Assembly (NCBI GenBank): GCA_963727175.1
Contig: CAVSFD010000002.1
Coordinates: 4,701,381-4,765,380, forward strand
Direction: 5' to 3'
DNA length: 64,000 bases
Source of the DNA: an uncultured Spirochaetota bacterium
GTDB lineage: Bacteria > Spirochaetota > UBA4802 > UBA5550
Each line of letters starts with the position of its first letter. Positions within the stretch are counted from its first letter, which is position 1. The translations under genes and the position numbers were made by a program. Below the pieces are notes generated by a model. It made no database searches. It was not told the origin of the DNA and was given only the letters and a program-made list of their open reading frames with translations. Shown piece by piece: positions 37,985-50,253 of this stretch.

Positions 37985-40132
37985 CTAAAAATCATAGACC
38001 AGCTTCATGAGTAGACCGGGGTTATTATCGATGAATCTTTTTATATCATCGCTCTTCATCGCGTACACCGCGACTGTCTCCCGGTTGGAAAAAGTATAAT
38101 CAGCAGGCTCATTCAGGTGCAGCCTCTGCACCGAACCGATGAAATCGCCCCGTTTCAGCTCGGCAACGCGCCTCCCTTCCTTCGTGACCTCCACTTCCCC
38201 GTTCCTGAGAATATAGATATACTGCATCGGCTCCCCTTCGCGTATGATGTCGCTCGGACCCCGCAGCTCCATCGGGATAAATATCGATTCGAGCCAGGTC
38301 TTCTGCGAGGAGGTGCAGTACCGGAAAAAATCGCTGGTGGAGAGAAGGTTCCACGTCTCGCTGTTGCGTATCCTGGCGAGCCGCTGAAGGGTCTTCTCGA
38401 ATTCGGTGCCGACAATGAAGTTCTGGAATTTCTCCCTGCTGATGGTGTACACGACCAGGTCCGTTTCAGCGATGACGTCGGCGGCCCGGTTCTGTTCGGT
38501 GACGAGGGCCACTTCGCCGAAGTAATCATAGGTGCCGTAGATCTTCTTCTCCTCGAGGCCGCCGCTGTCGACGGAGACATTGCCCGAATAGATGATGAAG
38601 AACTTGTCACCTGCGGTCCCCTTCCTGATGATGACGTCGCCCTTCCGGTACCGCTCCTCTTCGACGATATCCAGGAATTCCTGGGCCTTCGACAGGGGGA
38701 GCGCCTCGAAGAAATCGAGATTTTTCAGGATGCCCATGATCTGGTACGCCGTCTCAAAGCGGGGGTGCTTCGTCTTGAAGTAGAGCGTGTTTTCCATGCC
38801 GAACTTTGCCAGGGTCAGGGCGGTCTTCGCAGGAAAATCCTTCTTGGCGATATGGTACACGACGATTTTCTTCCTGATCTTTTTAGGGAGGGAATTCAGG
38901 TACGTTATGGGCGTGTGGAGCGGGGCAATGCCTGATTCGTGATAGATTACCTTTGAGTCCCATGGAAAATTGCAGAGATCGTCATAACGCTCCCCGGTTA
39001 TGAGCCTTTTATCGAGAAGCTCCCGGTGGATATTCGGATCGTTGTTGTGGTCCGAGGAATACACGAAGGTCTGGTCCTGAAACCCCATCTTGAACCCGAT
39101 GGTGGGTATCGAATGGAGCGTATAGAACATGTCGAACCTGCCCCCATGGATGAAAGTCGGTGTCCCGATCTTGATGGGATGAAAGTCGAAAAGACGCATC
39201 AGGTACGATATGGGCATGTTGCTCAGCGCCGAATACTTGCGCAGAAAGCTCATCATCACCGTCTCGGTGGTATAGATGGTGACCCGCTGCTCCTGGAGTA
39301 TCTTCTGGAATGTGCCGGCATCATGGTCCGCGTGGCAGTGGGTGAGAATGATGCTGTCGGTAAGCTTCGGGTTCACGTTGGAGTCGACGAGCCATTCCGT
39401 CGAGTTCACCGGCGGGTCCACCATGACGCCGTTATGATTCAGCCAGATGATGAAACCGGAGGTGTTCTCCTCGGGGTCAAAGCCGTGGCTCGGGCCCAGG
39501 CAGGTGACGCCGAAGAGGGGCGGTTTGTACGGCTCCGGGAGCCGCTTCCCTATAAGGTACTTCGGCTTGTACTCGACCCGTGAAGGCACCACGGCAATCA
39601 GGTCAGCCCCCTGGCTCACCCGGAAATCACCGTCATTCCCGATCTCGATGGTTACTCCCTGGAGGGTGAAGCTGTTGTTCTTGAAAAAGCCGAAGGAAAG
39701 CAGGTCGGAGAATTTCAATCCCCTTCTGAAGTAATCCATTTCCATTTTGATATCGGGGATGGTACGACCGCCGCCCGATACAGATTCATAATCGGTGGTA
39801 ATATCGAACTCTTTCGGCCCGAAGAGAGCCTCCTGGAGGACCTTCTTCATCTGCTCAAACTGGCTTTCCCTGCATATGATGGTTGTCCGTCTCTTCTTCA
39901 GGAAAAAGTTATAATAGATCGGGAATTCGATCTCCGCGATGCTTATTCCCTTGAGCCAGTTGAAGAGGTCATTGGTGAGGACAAAGATCTGCGGCACGCC
40001 CTTGGCCATGCCCATGGTGTCCTTGATCGTCTCCGGAGGAGATCCGAACTGTATGTATCCCGCCGGCGTATCCACCAGGTATCCGCCCCGGGGAAGGACC
40101 GCAATGTTTTTCATTGTTTGTTGTTCATTCAT
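37985..40132 (-). CDS. Multidomain protein: N-terminal domain, metallo-beta-lactamase fold with class-II cyclic-nucleotide phosphodiesterase-like HxHxDH motif, and two C-terminal cNMP-binding (CAP-family) domains
   Basis: 715 aa. The THCHADH motif lies in a metallo-beta-lactamase fold core. The two cNMP-binding beta-barrels are FGEVALV...RAADVIA and GDFIGSV. Confidence 0.65.
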   Translation of the reverse strand: MNEQQTMKNIAVLPRGGYLVDTPAGYIQFGSPPETIKDTMGMAKGVPQIFVLTNDLFNWLKGISIAEIEFPIYYNFFLKKRRTTIICRESQFEQMKKVLQEALFGPKEFDITTDYESVSGGGRTIPDIKMEMDYFRRGLKFSDLLSFGFFKNNSFTLQGVTIEIGNDGDFRVSQGADLIAVVPSRVEYKPKYLIGKRLPEPYKPPLFGVTCLGPSHGFDPEENTSGFIIWLNHNGVMVDPPVNSTEWLVDSNVNPKLTDSIILTHCHADHDAGTFQKILQEQRVTIYTTETVMMSFLRKYSALSNMPISYLMRLFDFHPIKIGTPTFIHGGRFDMFYTLHSIPTIGFKMGFQDQTFVYSSDHNNDPNIHRELLDKRLITGERYDDLCNFPWDSKVIYHESGIAPLHTPITYLNSLPKKIRKKIVVYHIAKKDFPAKTALTLAKFGMENTLYFKTKHPRFETAYQIMGILKNLDFFEALPLSKAQEFLDIVEEERYRKGDVIIRKGTAGDKFFIIYSGNVSVDSGGLEEKKIYGTYDYFGEVALVTEQNRAADVIAETDLVVYTISREKFQNFIVGTEFEKTLQRLARIRNSETWNLLSTSDFFRYCTSSQKTWLESIFIPMELRGPSDIIREGEPMQYIYILRNGEVEVTKEGRRVAELKRGDFIGSVQRLHLNEPADYTFSNRETVAVYAMKSDDIKRFIDNNPGLLMKLVYDF

Positions 40133-40207
40133 ACCGGGTCCGGGTTTCCTGCCTCACCAATAAATTTCATGTATTGTTTCCAATAAGATAAATAAATCAA
40201 GTACTTT

Positions 40208-42241
40208 TTATTTCAGGAGATCGCGCAGCTGTGACGTGGATTGGACCGGCGGGAAGCAGCGGTTCCCCCGGCACACATACGCAACCGGACGCCCGTCAGC
40301 GGATTTCATCGACGCGGTGAAAGGCGCGAGCCGATCTGAAACCAAGCCGCCATCTCCTGCCGGCCTGACCAGAACAACACAGTTGGGTCGGTACTCCCGG
40401 CTCAGTTCCCGGACCATTTCCTGAAAGAGACTATCACCCGGGTCGCCCGTCAGTACTACCTCGCAGGATTCCCCCAGGGCGTACTGGAGGGAGGCCAGGA
40501 GCATCCCGTGCCCGTGGGGGTACTCCCGCAGACCTTCCCCGGCGCCCACGAGGATCCTGCCCGCCGCATCCCCCCATGCCGGATCGCCGGTTATCCGTGC
40601 CAGCCGCACCAGGTTATAATACGCGATAGAATTCCCCGACGGATACGCCCCGTCATGGCTTTCAACGGTTACGGCGATCAGCCGCTCCCCGTCCAGCGGC
40701 GCGAAGGTAAGGCCGCCGGAACCGCCTGAAAAATATTTCAGCATCGATGCTGACAGGCGTAGGGCCAGGTCCAGGTGCTCCGGGTCAAACCCGGCCTGGT
40801 AGAGCTCGATCAGGCCCCAGGCAACAAAGGCATAATCATCAATGTTGCCCCGCACGGAGGCCTCACCGTTGCGGTAACGGTGCAGGAGCCTGTCGCCGTC
40901 CACAAGCATTTCATTCTTAATGAAGGAAGCGGCCTTTCCTGCCATGCAAAGGTACCGGTCCTCGCCCAGGGCCCGCGCCCCCAGCGCCAGTGCCGCTATC
41001 ATGAGGCCGTTCCAGTCGGTAAGCACCTTGTCATCCCGGAAGGGCCGCGGACGGCGTTCCCTCGCGGCGAAAAGCTTTTTCCGTATCGACTCAATGCGGG
41101 CGGCGTCGGCCGGGATCCCGTCGAGATGAAGGATGTTCTCGCCGGTCATCATTCCAGACGCCTCGTCTCTGAAATTTCCGCTTTCGCTGACACGGTATGT
41201 TTCCATGGCATGCTTCCCGTCGGCGCCGCCCAGCAGGTCCAGCATCTCACCGGCCTTCCACAAATAGAAGGTGCCTTCCCTACCCTCGCTGTCGGCGTCC
41301 TCAGCGGAGTAGAAACCGCCCTCCGGCGCCGTCATGTCCCGGGACACATACTCGAAGATTTCCAGCGCCGTTGACGCGAAGAGCTGGTCGCTGCCGGCCT
41401 GGTAAGCCTCGGCATAGGCCATGGCCAGCATGGCCTGGTCGTAGAGCATTTTCTCGAAGTGCGGCACCAGCCACTCACTGTCGGTGGAATAGCGGTGAAA
41501 TCCGAAGCCGACCTGGTCATAGATGCCGCCCATCCGCATGCGCCGCAGCGTCTCAAGGGCCATGACGCCTGCCCGTTCATCACCGGCCAGTTTCCATCGG
41601 CGGAGAAGGAAGAGAAGATTGTGCGGTGACGGGAATTTCGGCGCCCCGCCGAAGCCGCCATGTAACGGGTCATAGAGGTCGGCAAAACGCGAGGAGGCCC
41701 GCCGGAGAAGATCATCATCCGCCTGCCCGGACCCGGCCGCCGCCGGCCCGCTGCCCAGGGCAGCCGCTATGGTGTCGGCCGAAGCATCGACCTCGTCGCG
41801 CCGCTCCTTCCAGACAGCAATGACCCGCCCGAGAATCTCCCTGAGGCCGGTCCTGCCGTGCATGCTTTCGCGCGGCAGATAGGTGGCAGCGAAAAAGGGC
41901 TTTCCCGAAGGCGTCATGATAATCGTGAGGGGCCAGCCGCCGGTGCCGGTCATCATCTGGCACACGTTCATGTACACCTTGTCTATGTCGGGCCGCTCCT
42001 CGCGGTCCACCTTGATCGACACAAAATTCTCGTTCAGGATGGCGGCAACGGCATCGTTCTCGAAGGACTCCCGTTCCATGACATGACACCAGTGACAGGT
42101 CGAATACCCGATGGAGAGGAATATCGGCCGGTCCCCGGATCGGGCGCGACTAACGGCCTCTTCACCCCAGGGATACCAGTCAACCGGATTGTGAAGATGC
42201 TGGAGAAGGTACGGGCTCTTCTGACCTATAAGGTGGTTCAT
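40208..42241 (-). CDS. Thioredoxin-domain protein of the DUF255/YyaL family (thioredoxin + six-hairpin glycosidase-like domain)
   Basis: The N-terminus [50 protein letters not shown] is highly characteristic of the family. Confidence 0.8.
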   Translation of the reverse strand: MNHLIGQKSPYLLQHLHNPVDWYPWGEEAVSRARSGDRPIFLSIGYSTCHWCHVMERESFENDAVAAILNENFVSIKVDREERPDIDKVYMNVCQMMTGTGGWPLTIIMTPSGKPFFAATYLPRESMHGRTGLREILGRVIAVWKERRDEVDASADTIAAALGSGPAAAGSGQADDDLLRRASSRFADLYDPLHGGFGGAPKFPSPHNLLFLLRRWKLAGDERAGVMALETLRRMRMGGIYDQVGFGFHRYSTDSEWLVPHFEKMLYDQAMLAMAYAEAYQAGSDQLFASTALEIFEYVSRDMTAPEGGFYSAEDADSEGREGTFYLWKAGEMLDLLGGADGKHAMETYRVSESGNFRDEASGMMTGENILHLDGIPADAARIESIRKKLFAARERRPRPFRDDKVLTDWNGLMIAALALGARALGEDRYLCMAGKAASFIKNEMLVDGDRLLHRYRNGEASVRGNIDDYAFVAWGLIELYQAGFDPEHLDLALRLSASMLKYFSGGSGGLTFAPLDGERLIAVTVESHDGAYPSGNSIAYYNLVRLARITGDPAWGDAAGRILVGAGEGLREYPHGHGMLLASLQYALGESCEVVLTGDPGDSLFQEMVRELSREYRPNCVVLVRPAGDGGLVSDRLAPFTASMKSADGRPVAYVCRGNRCFPPVQSTSQLRDLLK

Positions 42242-42418
42242 TGTGGATCCCTCACGTCCGGAGTTGAGTATATGACCGCGGCCCCGGATAAATTATATTA
42301 ATATAATGATGACATTGGAGTGGGTCAACCTGATGTTTAAGTTTTTTAGTTAAAACTTAATTTCCTTACATTCAAAATGATATTTGACAGAGTTCATAAA
42401 TTGGATTAAATATTTAAT

Positions 42419-42823
42419 GTGGGGGTGCCGGCCATGCTTGAATTTCTCGATTACTTCTTTCTTATCTTTCACACTATCTTCACCCTCTTCAACATGACGG
42501 GATGGATCTGGAAAAAGACGAGAAAAATCCACCTGGCCACTATCACGGCCACTGCCTTTTCCTGGTTTATCCTGGGGATCTGGTATGGTTGGGGGTTCTG
42601 CTTCTGCACCGACTGGCACTGGAAGGTGCGTTCAGCCCTGGGCCGGCCCATCACCTCCGATTCATACATACACTTTCTCATTCTCGACATAACCGGAATC
42701 AACCTGCCCCCCCGCCTGGTGGATACGGCCACCCTGGCGGTCTTCGCGGCGTGCTGTGTTGCCAGCATCGCATTGAACCTGAAGGATTTTGCAAGGTATC
42801 GCGCGGATAAGCGCAAAGGCTGA
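42419..42823 (+). CDS. Small integral membrane protein, hypothetical
   Basis: 134 aa with 4 predicted TM helices. Confidence 0.4.
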   Translation: MGVPAMLEFLDYFFLIFHTIFTLFNMTGWIWKKTRKIHLATITATAFSWFILGIWYGWGFCFCTDWHWKVRSALGRPITSDSYIHFLILDITGINLPPRLVDTATLAVFAACCVASIALNLKDFARYRADKRKG

Positions 42824-42931
42824 CCCAGGCTCCCGCCCGGGAGTACCGCCACAATCCCGGACGCAGGATCCATACAGACTGTTGCTGCCGGCTGCCCGAA
42901 TCTCTTCTGCGGCAGGAAGAACCAACGTCCG

Positions 42932-43396
42932 CTAAAAACCGATCTTCTCCTTGCTCATTTCAGGAACCGGGATATTCTTGATGACCCTGTAGGAACCGGC
43001 CGGAAGCTTTTCGCTCCACTGACGCTCTGCCACGATGAGCCGCTGGAGCTGCTCGTTGTAGCGGACAAGCACCTCATGGCCGCGGCCGCCGGTATTTGTT
43101 ATAAACCCGGACAGGGTACCGCCCACCATTTCGCGGTTGATCTCGGCGGGGCTCAGGATTTTCCGGACCCTTCCATAGAAGACGCCGATCATGTGCCTGT
43201 GCGCCCTGCTGCCGTTTACGATCAGGGTGGCCTCGGTATAGGGCTCACCGTCCCTGTCCGCGCTGGAAAATTCCCAGGTCACGTAAATCCCGTCCTGCCG
43301 TTCTGTCCGCGGCGCCTCGCGGACGCTTTTACTGCAGCCCGCTGCGAATAAACCTGAGGCGGCTATTACTGCTATAATTACAATCAATCGTTTCAT
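42932..43396 (-). CDS. Lipoprotein, hypothetical
   Basis: Signal peptide and lipobox (LFAAGC). No motifs were recognised. Confidence 0.45.
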   Translation of the reverse strand: MKRLIVIIAVIAASGLFAAGCSKSVREAPRTERQDGIYVTWEFSSADRDGEPYTEATLIVNGSRAHRHMIGVFYGRVRKILSPAEINREMVGGTLSGFITNTGGRGHEVLVRYNEQLQRLIVAERQWSEKLPAGSYRVIKNIPVPEMSKEKIGF

Positions 43397-43438
43397 GGAT
43401 AATCTCCTCTTCAATGCGGCAGCCCGGACCGCGGGCCC

Positions 43439-44437
43439 TCACCCGCCGATCTTTGACATGAACCCTGACCTGGTCAGGGCCGAGCATCCGCCCTCATCAG
43501 GGGCGCAATCGAGGCTGTGGCCCTCACCTTTCATTGAGACGGCCTTCATTATTTCCCCGCGGACCGTATCGTCGTCCGCCCCTTCGCGGAAAAGCTTTTT
43601 CAGGTCATGGTCTGCACTTGAATGCAGGCACGTCTTCAGATAACCATCAGAGGTGATCCTGAGGCGGTTGCAGGATGAGCAGAACTTCTTCGTAAGGGGC
43701 GGTATCACGCCGATCCTCATCCTGTGTCTCCCCCGGTAGCGGTAATCATACATCAGGGCGACATTCGTGTCGATATCCCTGTTGCGCTCAAGGTCTCCCC
43801 TGGCACGCAGTTCCCCGATGAGCTTATCCGATGAAAGGAAAGACCCGCCGGATTCATCTTTAACGAAGGGCATCTTCTCGATAAATCGCACGGTCACGTC
43901 CCGGTCTTTGAAAAATTCAAGATAATCATCCAGCTCGGCGATGGTCTCCCTGAAGAGCACCGCGTTCACCTTCACGTCAAAAAACCCGTGCGCCAGGGCC
44001 CTGTCGATGGCGGATAGTACATCGTCAAGGCCGTCACGCATCGTAATGGCACGATAGGTTTCCCTTGAAAGCGTGTCGAGACTGATATTAAGTTTTCTCA
44101 CCGCCAGGCGGCGCAGGTCATCGATATAATCGCCGAGCAGTATGCCGTTGGTGGTAAGACAGAGTTCAAGCCCCGGGTATGCATCCCTGGTCTTCGACAC
44201 GATATCGATAAAGCCCTTCCTGACAAGAGGCTCGCCGCCTGTGAAACGCACTTTCACGATGCCCATGGAAGCAAAAATGCCGATAAGCCTGACAAATTCC
44301 TCGTTCCTGAGGACCTGGTCATGCGGAAGCAGTTCCACGCCCTCGGGGGGCATACAGTACCGGCATCGCAGGTTGCATTTGTCGGTTATGGAAACACGCA
44401 GGTAGTCGTGTTTGCGCAGATAGGCGTCGGTAAGCAT
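43439..44437 (-). CDS. moaA: GTP 3',8-cyclase (molybdenum cofactor biosynthesis protein A)
   Basis: 332 aa with the rSAM motif CNLRCRYCMP, the C-terminal auxiliary cluster CSSCNRLRITSDGYLKTC and the GG tail. Confidence 0.85.
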   Translation of the reverse strand: MLTDAYLRKHDYLRVSITDKCNLRCRYCMPPEGVELLPHDQVLRNEEFVRLIGIFASMGIVKVRFTGGEPLVRKGFIDIVSKTRDAYPGLELCLTTNGILLGDYIDDLRRLAVRKLNISLDTLSRETYRAITMRDGLDDVLSAIDRALAHGFFDVKVNAVLFRETIAELDDYLEFFKDRDVTVRFIEKMPFVKDESGGSFLSSDKLIGELRARGDLERNRDIDTNVALMYDYRYRGRHRMRIGVIPPLTKKFCSSCNRLRITSDGYLKTCLHSSADHDLKKLFREGADDDTVRGEIMKAVSMKGEGHSLDCAPDEGGCSALTRSGFMSKIGG

Positions 44438-44784
44438 AGCGCCATGAATACTCCACGGAAAAACTAAATATCATCCCAGGTAAGATACAATAGAAATGAG
44501 GATATATTGGCAAGTATTTTAATGATGCTGGTTTTTTTCATCAAAACAGATTCCGGACTATCCAATAATACAAAAAATGCCCTAAGGTTATGAGAGAACC
44601 GATAATATACATTCATAAGCAATAATTAAGAAAAAGAGATCAGTCATAAAGGATGATTAACCAGTTGAATGACAGCACATATTATTTTGATCCTGAATTA
44701 TTTTTTTATTGATAATAAAGTAAATCAATATAATCATGGCATCCTTCTTCGTGATTTTAATCTTATAATGCGGAGCGAGACGAC

Positions 44785-45576
44785 ATGCACAGCTTTGATG
44801 ATCTGAAAAGAAAACTTGAAAAGAAAATCGCGGGAAATGAGATCAAGTCACCCGACGATGTCAATGCAGCGATTATTAAAATATTAGGCGAAAAGAAATA
44901 TTCAGCATATAAAACACATGTTGATGACATAATAGCTTTTTACCGCACAATGGTTCTGGAAAGAAAAGTAGAGAAATTATTCTATCATGTAATAGATCTT
45001 GGAAACGGCGAAGTAACCAAGGGCATGTTTGATATACGGAACATTTTACATGAATATAAATTCCCCGAGTCCCTGAGGGGGAAACGGGTGCTTGATGTTG
45101 GTTGCGCTGACGGTTTTTTTTCCTTTCATTTCGAGCGGCTGGGGGCAAAAGAAGTTGTCGCCATTGACACTTTCGAAAATGAAAATTTTCTCTACGCCCG
45201 GAAAAAATTGGCCTCAAAAGTCAAGTATAAATTGATAGATGTCATGGACATAAACCCGATTGACATGGGATACTTCGATTTTGTTTTTTGCGGAACCGTC
45301 CTCATTCACTTGTCAGACCCGATATATGCCTTGAAAAATATCAGGAACATGATACAGCAAGGTTCTTTTTATTGTTCAAGCAACATTCATTTTCATGGGA
45401 CAAGCCTGCCCCGGAAGGCTTTATCAAAGTTGCTGAAGAAGTCACCAAACTACGCCCTGCTTGAAACCGGCGGTCTTGGAGAAGGCGAGGTCCCATCATA
45501 CTGGATACCGACTGCCGATACATTAAGACTCATGCTGCTGAAAGGGGGATTTAAAAACCATCGAAGGGGCCGATAA
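44785..45576 (+). CDS. Class I SAM-dependent methyltransferase (in AT-rich island)
   Basis: Motif I is VLDVGCADGFFS, with motif post-I following. Local GC is about 38%. Confidence 0.65.
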   Translation: MHSFDDLKRKLEKKIAGNEIKSPDDVNAAIIKILGEKKYSAYKTHVDDIIAFYRTMVLERKVEKLFYHVIDLGNGEVTKGMFDIRNILHEYKFPESLRGKRVLDVGCADGFFSFHFERLGAKEVVAIDTFENENFLYARKKLASKVKYKLIDVMDINPIDMGYFDFVFCGTVLIHLSDPIYALKNIRNMIQQGSFYCSSNIHFHGTSLPRKALSKLLKKSPNYALLETGGLGEGEVPSYWIPTADTLRLMLLKGGFKNHRRGR

Positions 45577-46132
45577 ATGTTCAATATATAATAGCACCTT
45601 CGGAAAAAAAATACGCTCATACAAAGGAACATGGAATTATCCACAGGTATGCTTCAAGTGCATAGTCTAACTACAATCACCTGGTGAATGTATTTATTGA
45701 TTCTAAATACATTGCCTTTTATAGTAGAACATCCCCTATCGTATACGCACTTAACAGCACTATTAAGATTATCATAGTGATAAAAACCGCAGATGACGTA
45801 AATAATAAAATGCGCCGGCATGAAACAGTAAACAATCGCCATGGGGACCGGACAAACACTTCGGTTATATCATGTTTCACCATGGTCAATTTGATATATT
45901 TAAAAAAATATTTATTGCTCACCATTATCCTTATGAACCAGGCATGTTCCTCCCTTTTTTCTGGAGTAATCTGAAAAAATGGTTGTTCTGGAGACGGTTA
46001 ATAATAACATTTATTCTGATATTAAATAATTGTCCGGCGAATGATGCCGGGGATGAACACCATGCTCGCCAATTATTTATAGATTCAAGATTAATCATGA
46101 AAACAATCGTTTAATGCAAAAAAGGATACGAC

Positions 46133-47290
46133 ATGAATATCGCATTCGAAGCATTCGCCCTGTCCTTCAAAAACCTAACCGGCATCGGGAACGTGACCCT
46201 CAACTATATCAGGGAGCTTCAAAAAAATGATCCTGATAATCGCTATTACATCTATACCATCGATGGGCTCCTCCATGCCGAGCTGCAGAGCGAAAAGTGG
46301 CGTCACGTTCAGACAGGACTGGCGTGTCAACACCTTTAGATATCCCGGTGCCGGCAGGCCCTGGCACGCTGAGAAGCGGCAATGTATGATACGATATCAT
46401 ACAAACTCAGGCTGTTCTTTTACCGTGTACTGAAAATGGCCCTGGAAGTGATTGACCGGGGCTGCCTCTACTTCTGGCTTGCAAAATCTATGCGCGACAA
46501 CAGGATAGATGTCTATATCGGTTTCTTCGCCGATTTTTTCCCCTTCTGCTTTTTTTCACCGGTAAAAAAGATATGGATCATTCACGACCTTGTATGGAAA
46601 CTTTATCCTGAAACGACTGACATAAACAGCAGATACAAAAAGCGCGCCATTGTCAGGAACATGAAGCGGGCCGATCTGCTCCTCTCGGTATCTGACAGCA
46701 CCAGGAACGACCTGATAAGTCTTCGGAACATTCGAAAGGAGATCATAACACTCCACAACGCAGCAGACCGGAGCGTGTTCTATAAGGCCGACCAGAAATC
46801 CGTTATGCGCATCACCAGGAATTATGGCATTACCCGTCCCTACATATTGTCCGTATACACCCTGGCGCCCCGCAACAGGTAGTCGCGGTTATTGACGCTT
46901 ACGGAAAAATCGGGCGCAGTGTGAAGCACCAGCTGGTGCTGGCGGGGATGAGCGGGTGGAAGAACACGAAGCTCTTCGAAATGATAGAGCACAGGCAGAT
47001 CTTTTTTATCGAATTGATATCCCGGCAGAAACAAGGACAAAGGAGTCATGTGTTTCTTGCTTCCCAATCTCTGCGAAGCGTCGGTGCAGGTCCTTGAAGC
47101 GATCCAGTGAGGTTATGTCCTGCATTTCACGACATGGCCTCGAAACCTGAAGTGGCCGGCGATGCGTGCATCCTGGTGGACCCCAACGACATTGATGGCC
47201 TGGCATCGGCAATTAAGCGGGTGCTGGGGGACAGGAACCTGAGAAAAACCATGGGCAGGAACGGCCTGGACAGATGAAAAAAACGCACCG
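46133..47290 (+). pseudogene. Glycosyltransferase family 4 (GT-B) gene broken into at least 4 frame-shifted pieces
   Basis: The pieces are MNIAFEAFALSF...TGIGNVTLNYI, ...YILSVYTLAPRNR, LVLAGMSGWKNTKLFEMIEH and PEVAGDACILVDPNDIDGLASAIKRVLGD. They lie in three frames, with stops at A and T homopolymers. Confidence 0.55.
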
Positions 47291-47907
47291 GGAATTCATC
47301 GGCGGACAATAATCAGAGCGTTAACCTTTCGAACCAGAGACTTCCGGTACATATGCCGGTCCAGGTACTGCTGATCTATTGATCATCTACTTATACGTAA
47401 CAGGTATATGGTCATTTAAAAGCACTCAATGATCTCAATGCTGCATCATTAACTTCATTGGGGTCATAGGATATATAAAAAATTTTATCTACTTTTATTA
47501 TGTTGACAAATATTGACATGTCCCTTTAAAAGATAGATTCAGATTATGTTATAATTTTCCCTTTACTTATACCAGAGAAAAAAACGGAGACATGAAAGGA
47601 GCCGTACAGTTACATTACTGCAACGCCCGTGAAGCCAGGGAACAAGCGGACAAATACGGAACAAGCGAGTAGCTTGCTCAAATATAATTTCTAATTCGGG
47701 ATACATGCAACATGGTGCATGCAGATTTACAGTATTTTAACATGACAATCGAGTACTGATTATTCGATCAGCATGGAACGTATACGGCGGAGGCGAGATT
47801 TTAACGTCATGACTCTGCAACTACCTCTCCAGCCAGGCATGCAAAATTCGATACTGACAAGTGAAATGTTCCCGAAATAATTTCCGGCCTGATACAACAC
47901 CGATGTC

Positions 47908-48889
47908 ATGATAGAAAAAATAAAACCCGGCGAACTGCGATCCATGATGGACAAGTACAGGAGGCAGATGAAATCGCTTTCACTGGGCTTAAGGAAACAT
48001 CAGGAATCCTTTGATGTCATCAATGCGCATAATTTTCCGGCGGAAATCGTCGCTGCGTCAAGCAGCAAGCCCGTGGTCTGGATGTGCAACGAACCGGAGC
48101 TATCTCTGATTGGCAAGCAACCGGGTTTAAAATCATGTTTCACGCCCAGCATGATTTACCTCTATATCCAATATTTACGAGAAAAATACCTGGTTAAGAA
48201 TAAAATAAAAAATATCGTTGTATCCGATGAATTCAATGCGGAAAGATTTCATACAATTTACGGGTTACATCCGACAATTATCAATTATGGTATAGATTAT
48301 GACTTCTTCTCCGGCAGGGGCGAAGGAGAACGGCAGGAGGATGATTCTTTCGTCAAGAAATTCGACGATCTCCATGTAGGCATGATCACAGGGTTCAAGA
48401 ACCAGATGTAAAGCCTGGAAGCTCATAATGCCACCAAGAATAAAATACCGGAAAGTGTTATTGTATTCGCCGGTGGAGGATATGACGAAAACTATAAAAA
48501 GCTGATTGATGCGTACATCCAGGACAATGATCTACTGATCGGGTCATTTTCAAAGGCCACATCAACAGGAGCCAACTGCGTTCACTCTATCACAGATCAA
48601 ACGTCATGATCCACCCGATCAAGGCCCAGGGCGGATGGCTGAGCCCCTTTGAAATGATGAGTGCCGGGAAGCGGTGATAGTGTCAAAAGAATTCACCGCA
48701 TCCGACCTGATTGAAAAAAACCGGCTGGCGATCATAACTGATAATTATGACGAAGCCATTCTCGATAGATATTTGCACCACGGCAGGATTGCCGGGATGG
48801 TGGAGCGCGGCAGGGAATACGTAAAAAACAACCTCTCCTGGGACTCATTCGGGAAAAAGATGCTGGATGCATACACCGCAGCCCTGTAG
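47908..48889 (+). pseudogene. Second GT4-family glycosyltransferase gene, frame-shifted
   Basis: The N-terminal-domain ORF covers 47908-48411. The C-terminal part is in other frames (GHINQLELRSLYHRSNVMIHPIKAQGGWLSPFEMMSAGKAVIVSKEF...). Confidence 0.5.
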
Positions 48890-48910
48890 TCCTTATACAG
48901 TGAACATCAT

Positions 48911-50253
48911 ATGGAAAAAATAAAACTCAACGAGCTGCAGAGATTTTTGAAAAATTTCTTTTTCAGGATCGTGGGACTACTGATTTCGACATTGTTCAAT
49001 ATCCTTCTGGTCTCCCATTATTCAAAGGTCCTTCTCGTAGACGGTTTTGGAAGGTACAACTTTCTACTCACCTACACGTCATATTTCCACCTGATAATCT
49101 CGCTCGGCCTCGACGTCGTGTCGATGAGAGAGATCTCTATATCGAAGGGTGAAGACTGTTTCGGCACCATGATGTGAGGAATCTTATTCTTGCCGAGATC
49201 CATTGGTATGATAGCCGCCATACAAAAAGCGACTATGGATGGCTGCTGGTAATATCGGTGCTCTACACTGTTGTCTTATCCACATATACATCGATATTCA
49301 AGATCGGGACCTTATCATTTATTTGTAGTCCCTGCAGAAATATTTTAGTAGTGTAAAACAGGGATCTACGCGGCGGGCATCATTAACACGGCTTCCATGG
49401 TGATGATTGTATTCATGCAGCTGATACTTGTCATGAAGATACATGGTAGCCACCCCCGATTTGAGCGGACGTCAATGGGAACAAAGAGTGGCATAATTAT
49501 CGGATTCATCCAGATCATGCTTACCATGGTTATTACTTCAACATAATTCTGCTGGAATGACAGACGAAGTGACGATCGTTGCCAACGCCGATCCGCTCAT
49601 GCACCGATCCGCTGGGGATTTCATAACTCATGAATCCTATCCTCTTCGAAAACTAAAAAAGAGCATCGATGATTTTAAAAAGTATTTTGAAAAATACATG
49701 AAATTCATGATCTTTTTCAGTTATGGCGTCACCGTGATTTTCATTATCCTGGCTGAACATTATTTGCAGATTTTCTACAACCTCAAGGATTACCATGAAA
49801 GCATATTCTGTTTCAAGATCCTCATGTTGTCCCTGCTTTTCATGACCATCAACTCACCGCTCCATGGCGGCATGCTGGCGGCGCACAAGGAAAAAACGAT
49901 CCTTTTAATCACGGTAGTCAATTTTTCTTCTTCATAATAGCAAGAACCTGCCTGGTTATTCGGCATACGCCGGCCATGACGGCCTGATTTACCGGCCTTG
50001 GGGCCCCCACATAACTACTTTAAACAAACGTTCCTACACATTGCTTAAGATTTGTCATTCCATTCTTTTAGCAATCCCCATGGGGATATTTCTATATTTC
50101 AGCCCGCTGCATTACATGATCACGGGAACCATTGGGGTGGTAATCATGATTATTTTCGCTGTTATTCTACGAGGTTATACTATTGAGGAGATAATGACCA
50201 TCAAGAAGACCCTGTTTTCAGCCAATAAACAAGATGAATCCGCAGAACTGTAA
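48911..50253 (+). pseudogene. Wzx-like polysaccharide flippase gene, fragmented
   Basis: Consecutive hydrophobic ORF fragments (MEKIKLNELQRFLKNFFFRIVGLLISTLFN..., ...IFFSYGVTVIFIILAEHY..., ...LLAIPMGIFLYFSPLHYMITG...) lie in different frames. Confidence 0.45.

Noticed and set aside
38117-38935. 272-aa plus-strand ORF
   Set aside because: It is antisense to the metallo-beta-lactamase/cNMP-binding gene. The same applies to the plus-strand ORFs 40775..41374, 59340..59909 and 35215..36168 and to the minus-strand ORFs 51705..52376 and 61489..62472.
37985-40132. Pycsar/CBASS-type antiphage effector
   Set aside because: cNMP-binding effectors of such systems sit next to a nucleotide cyclase. The neighbours here are an MBOAT acyltransferase and a thioredoxin-domain protein, so a housekeeping signalling role is more likely.
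45600-46130. Several 60-100-aa ORFs in the AT-rich island
   Set aside because: They are low-complexity, mutually overlapping on both strands, and have no motifs. They are probably non-coding or remnants.
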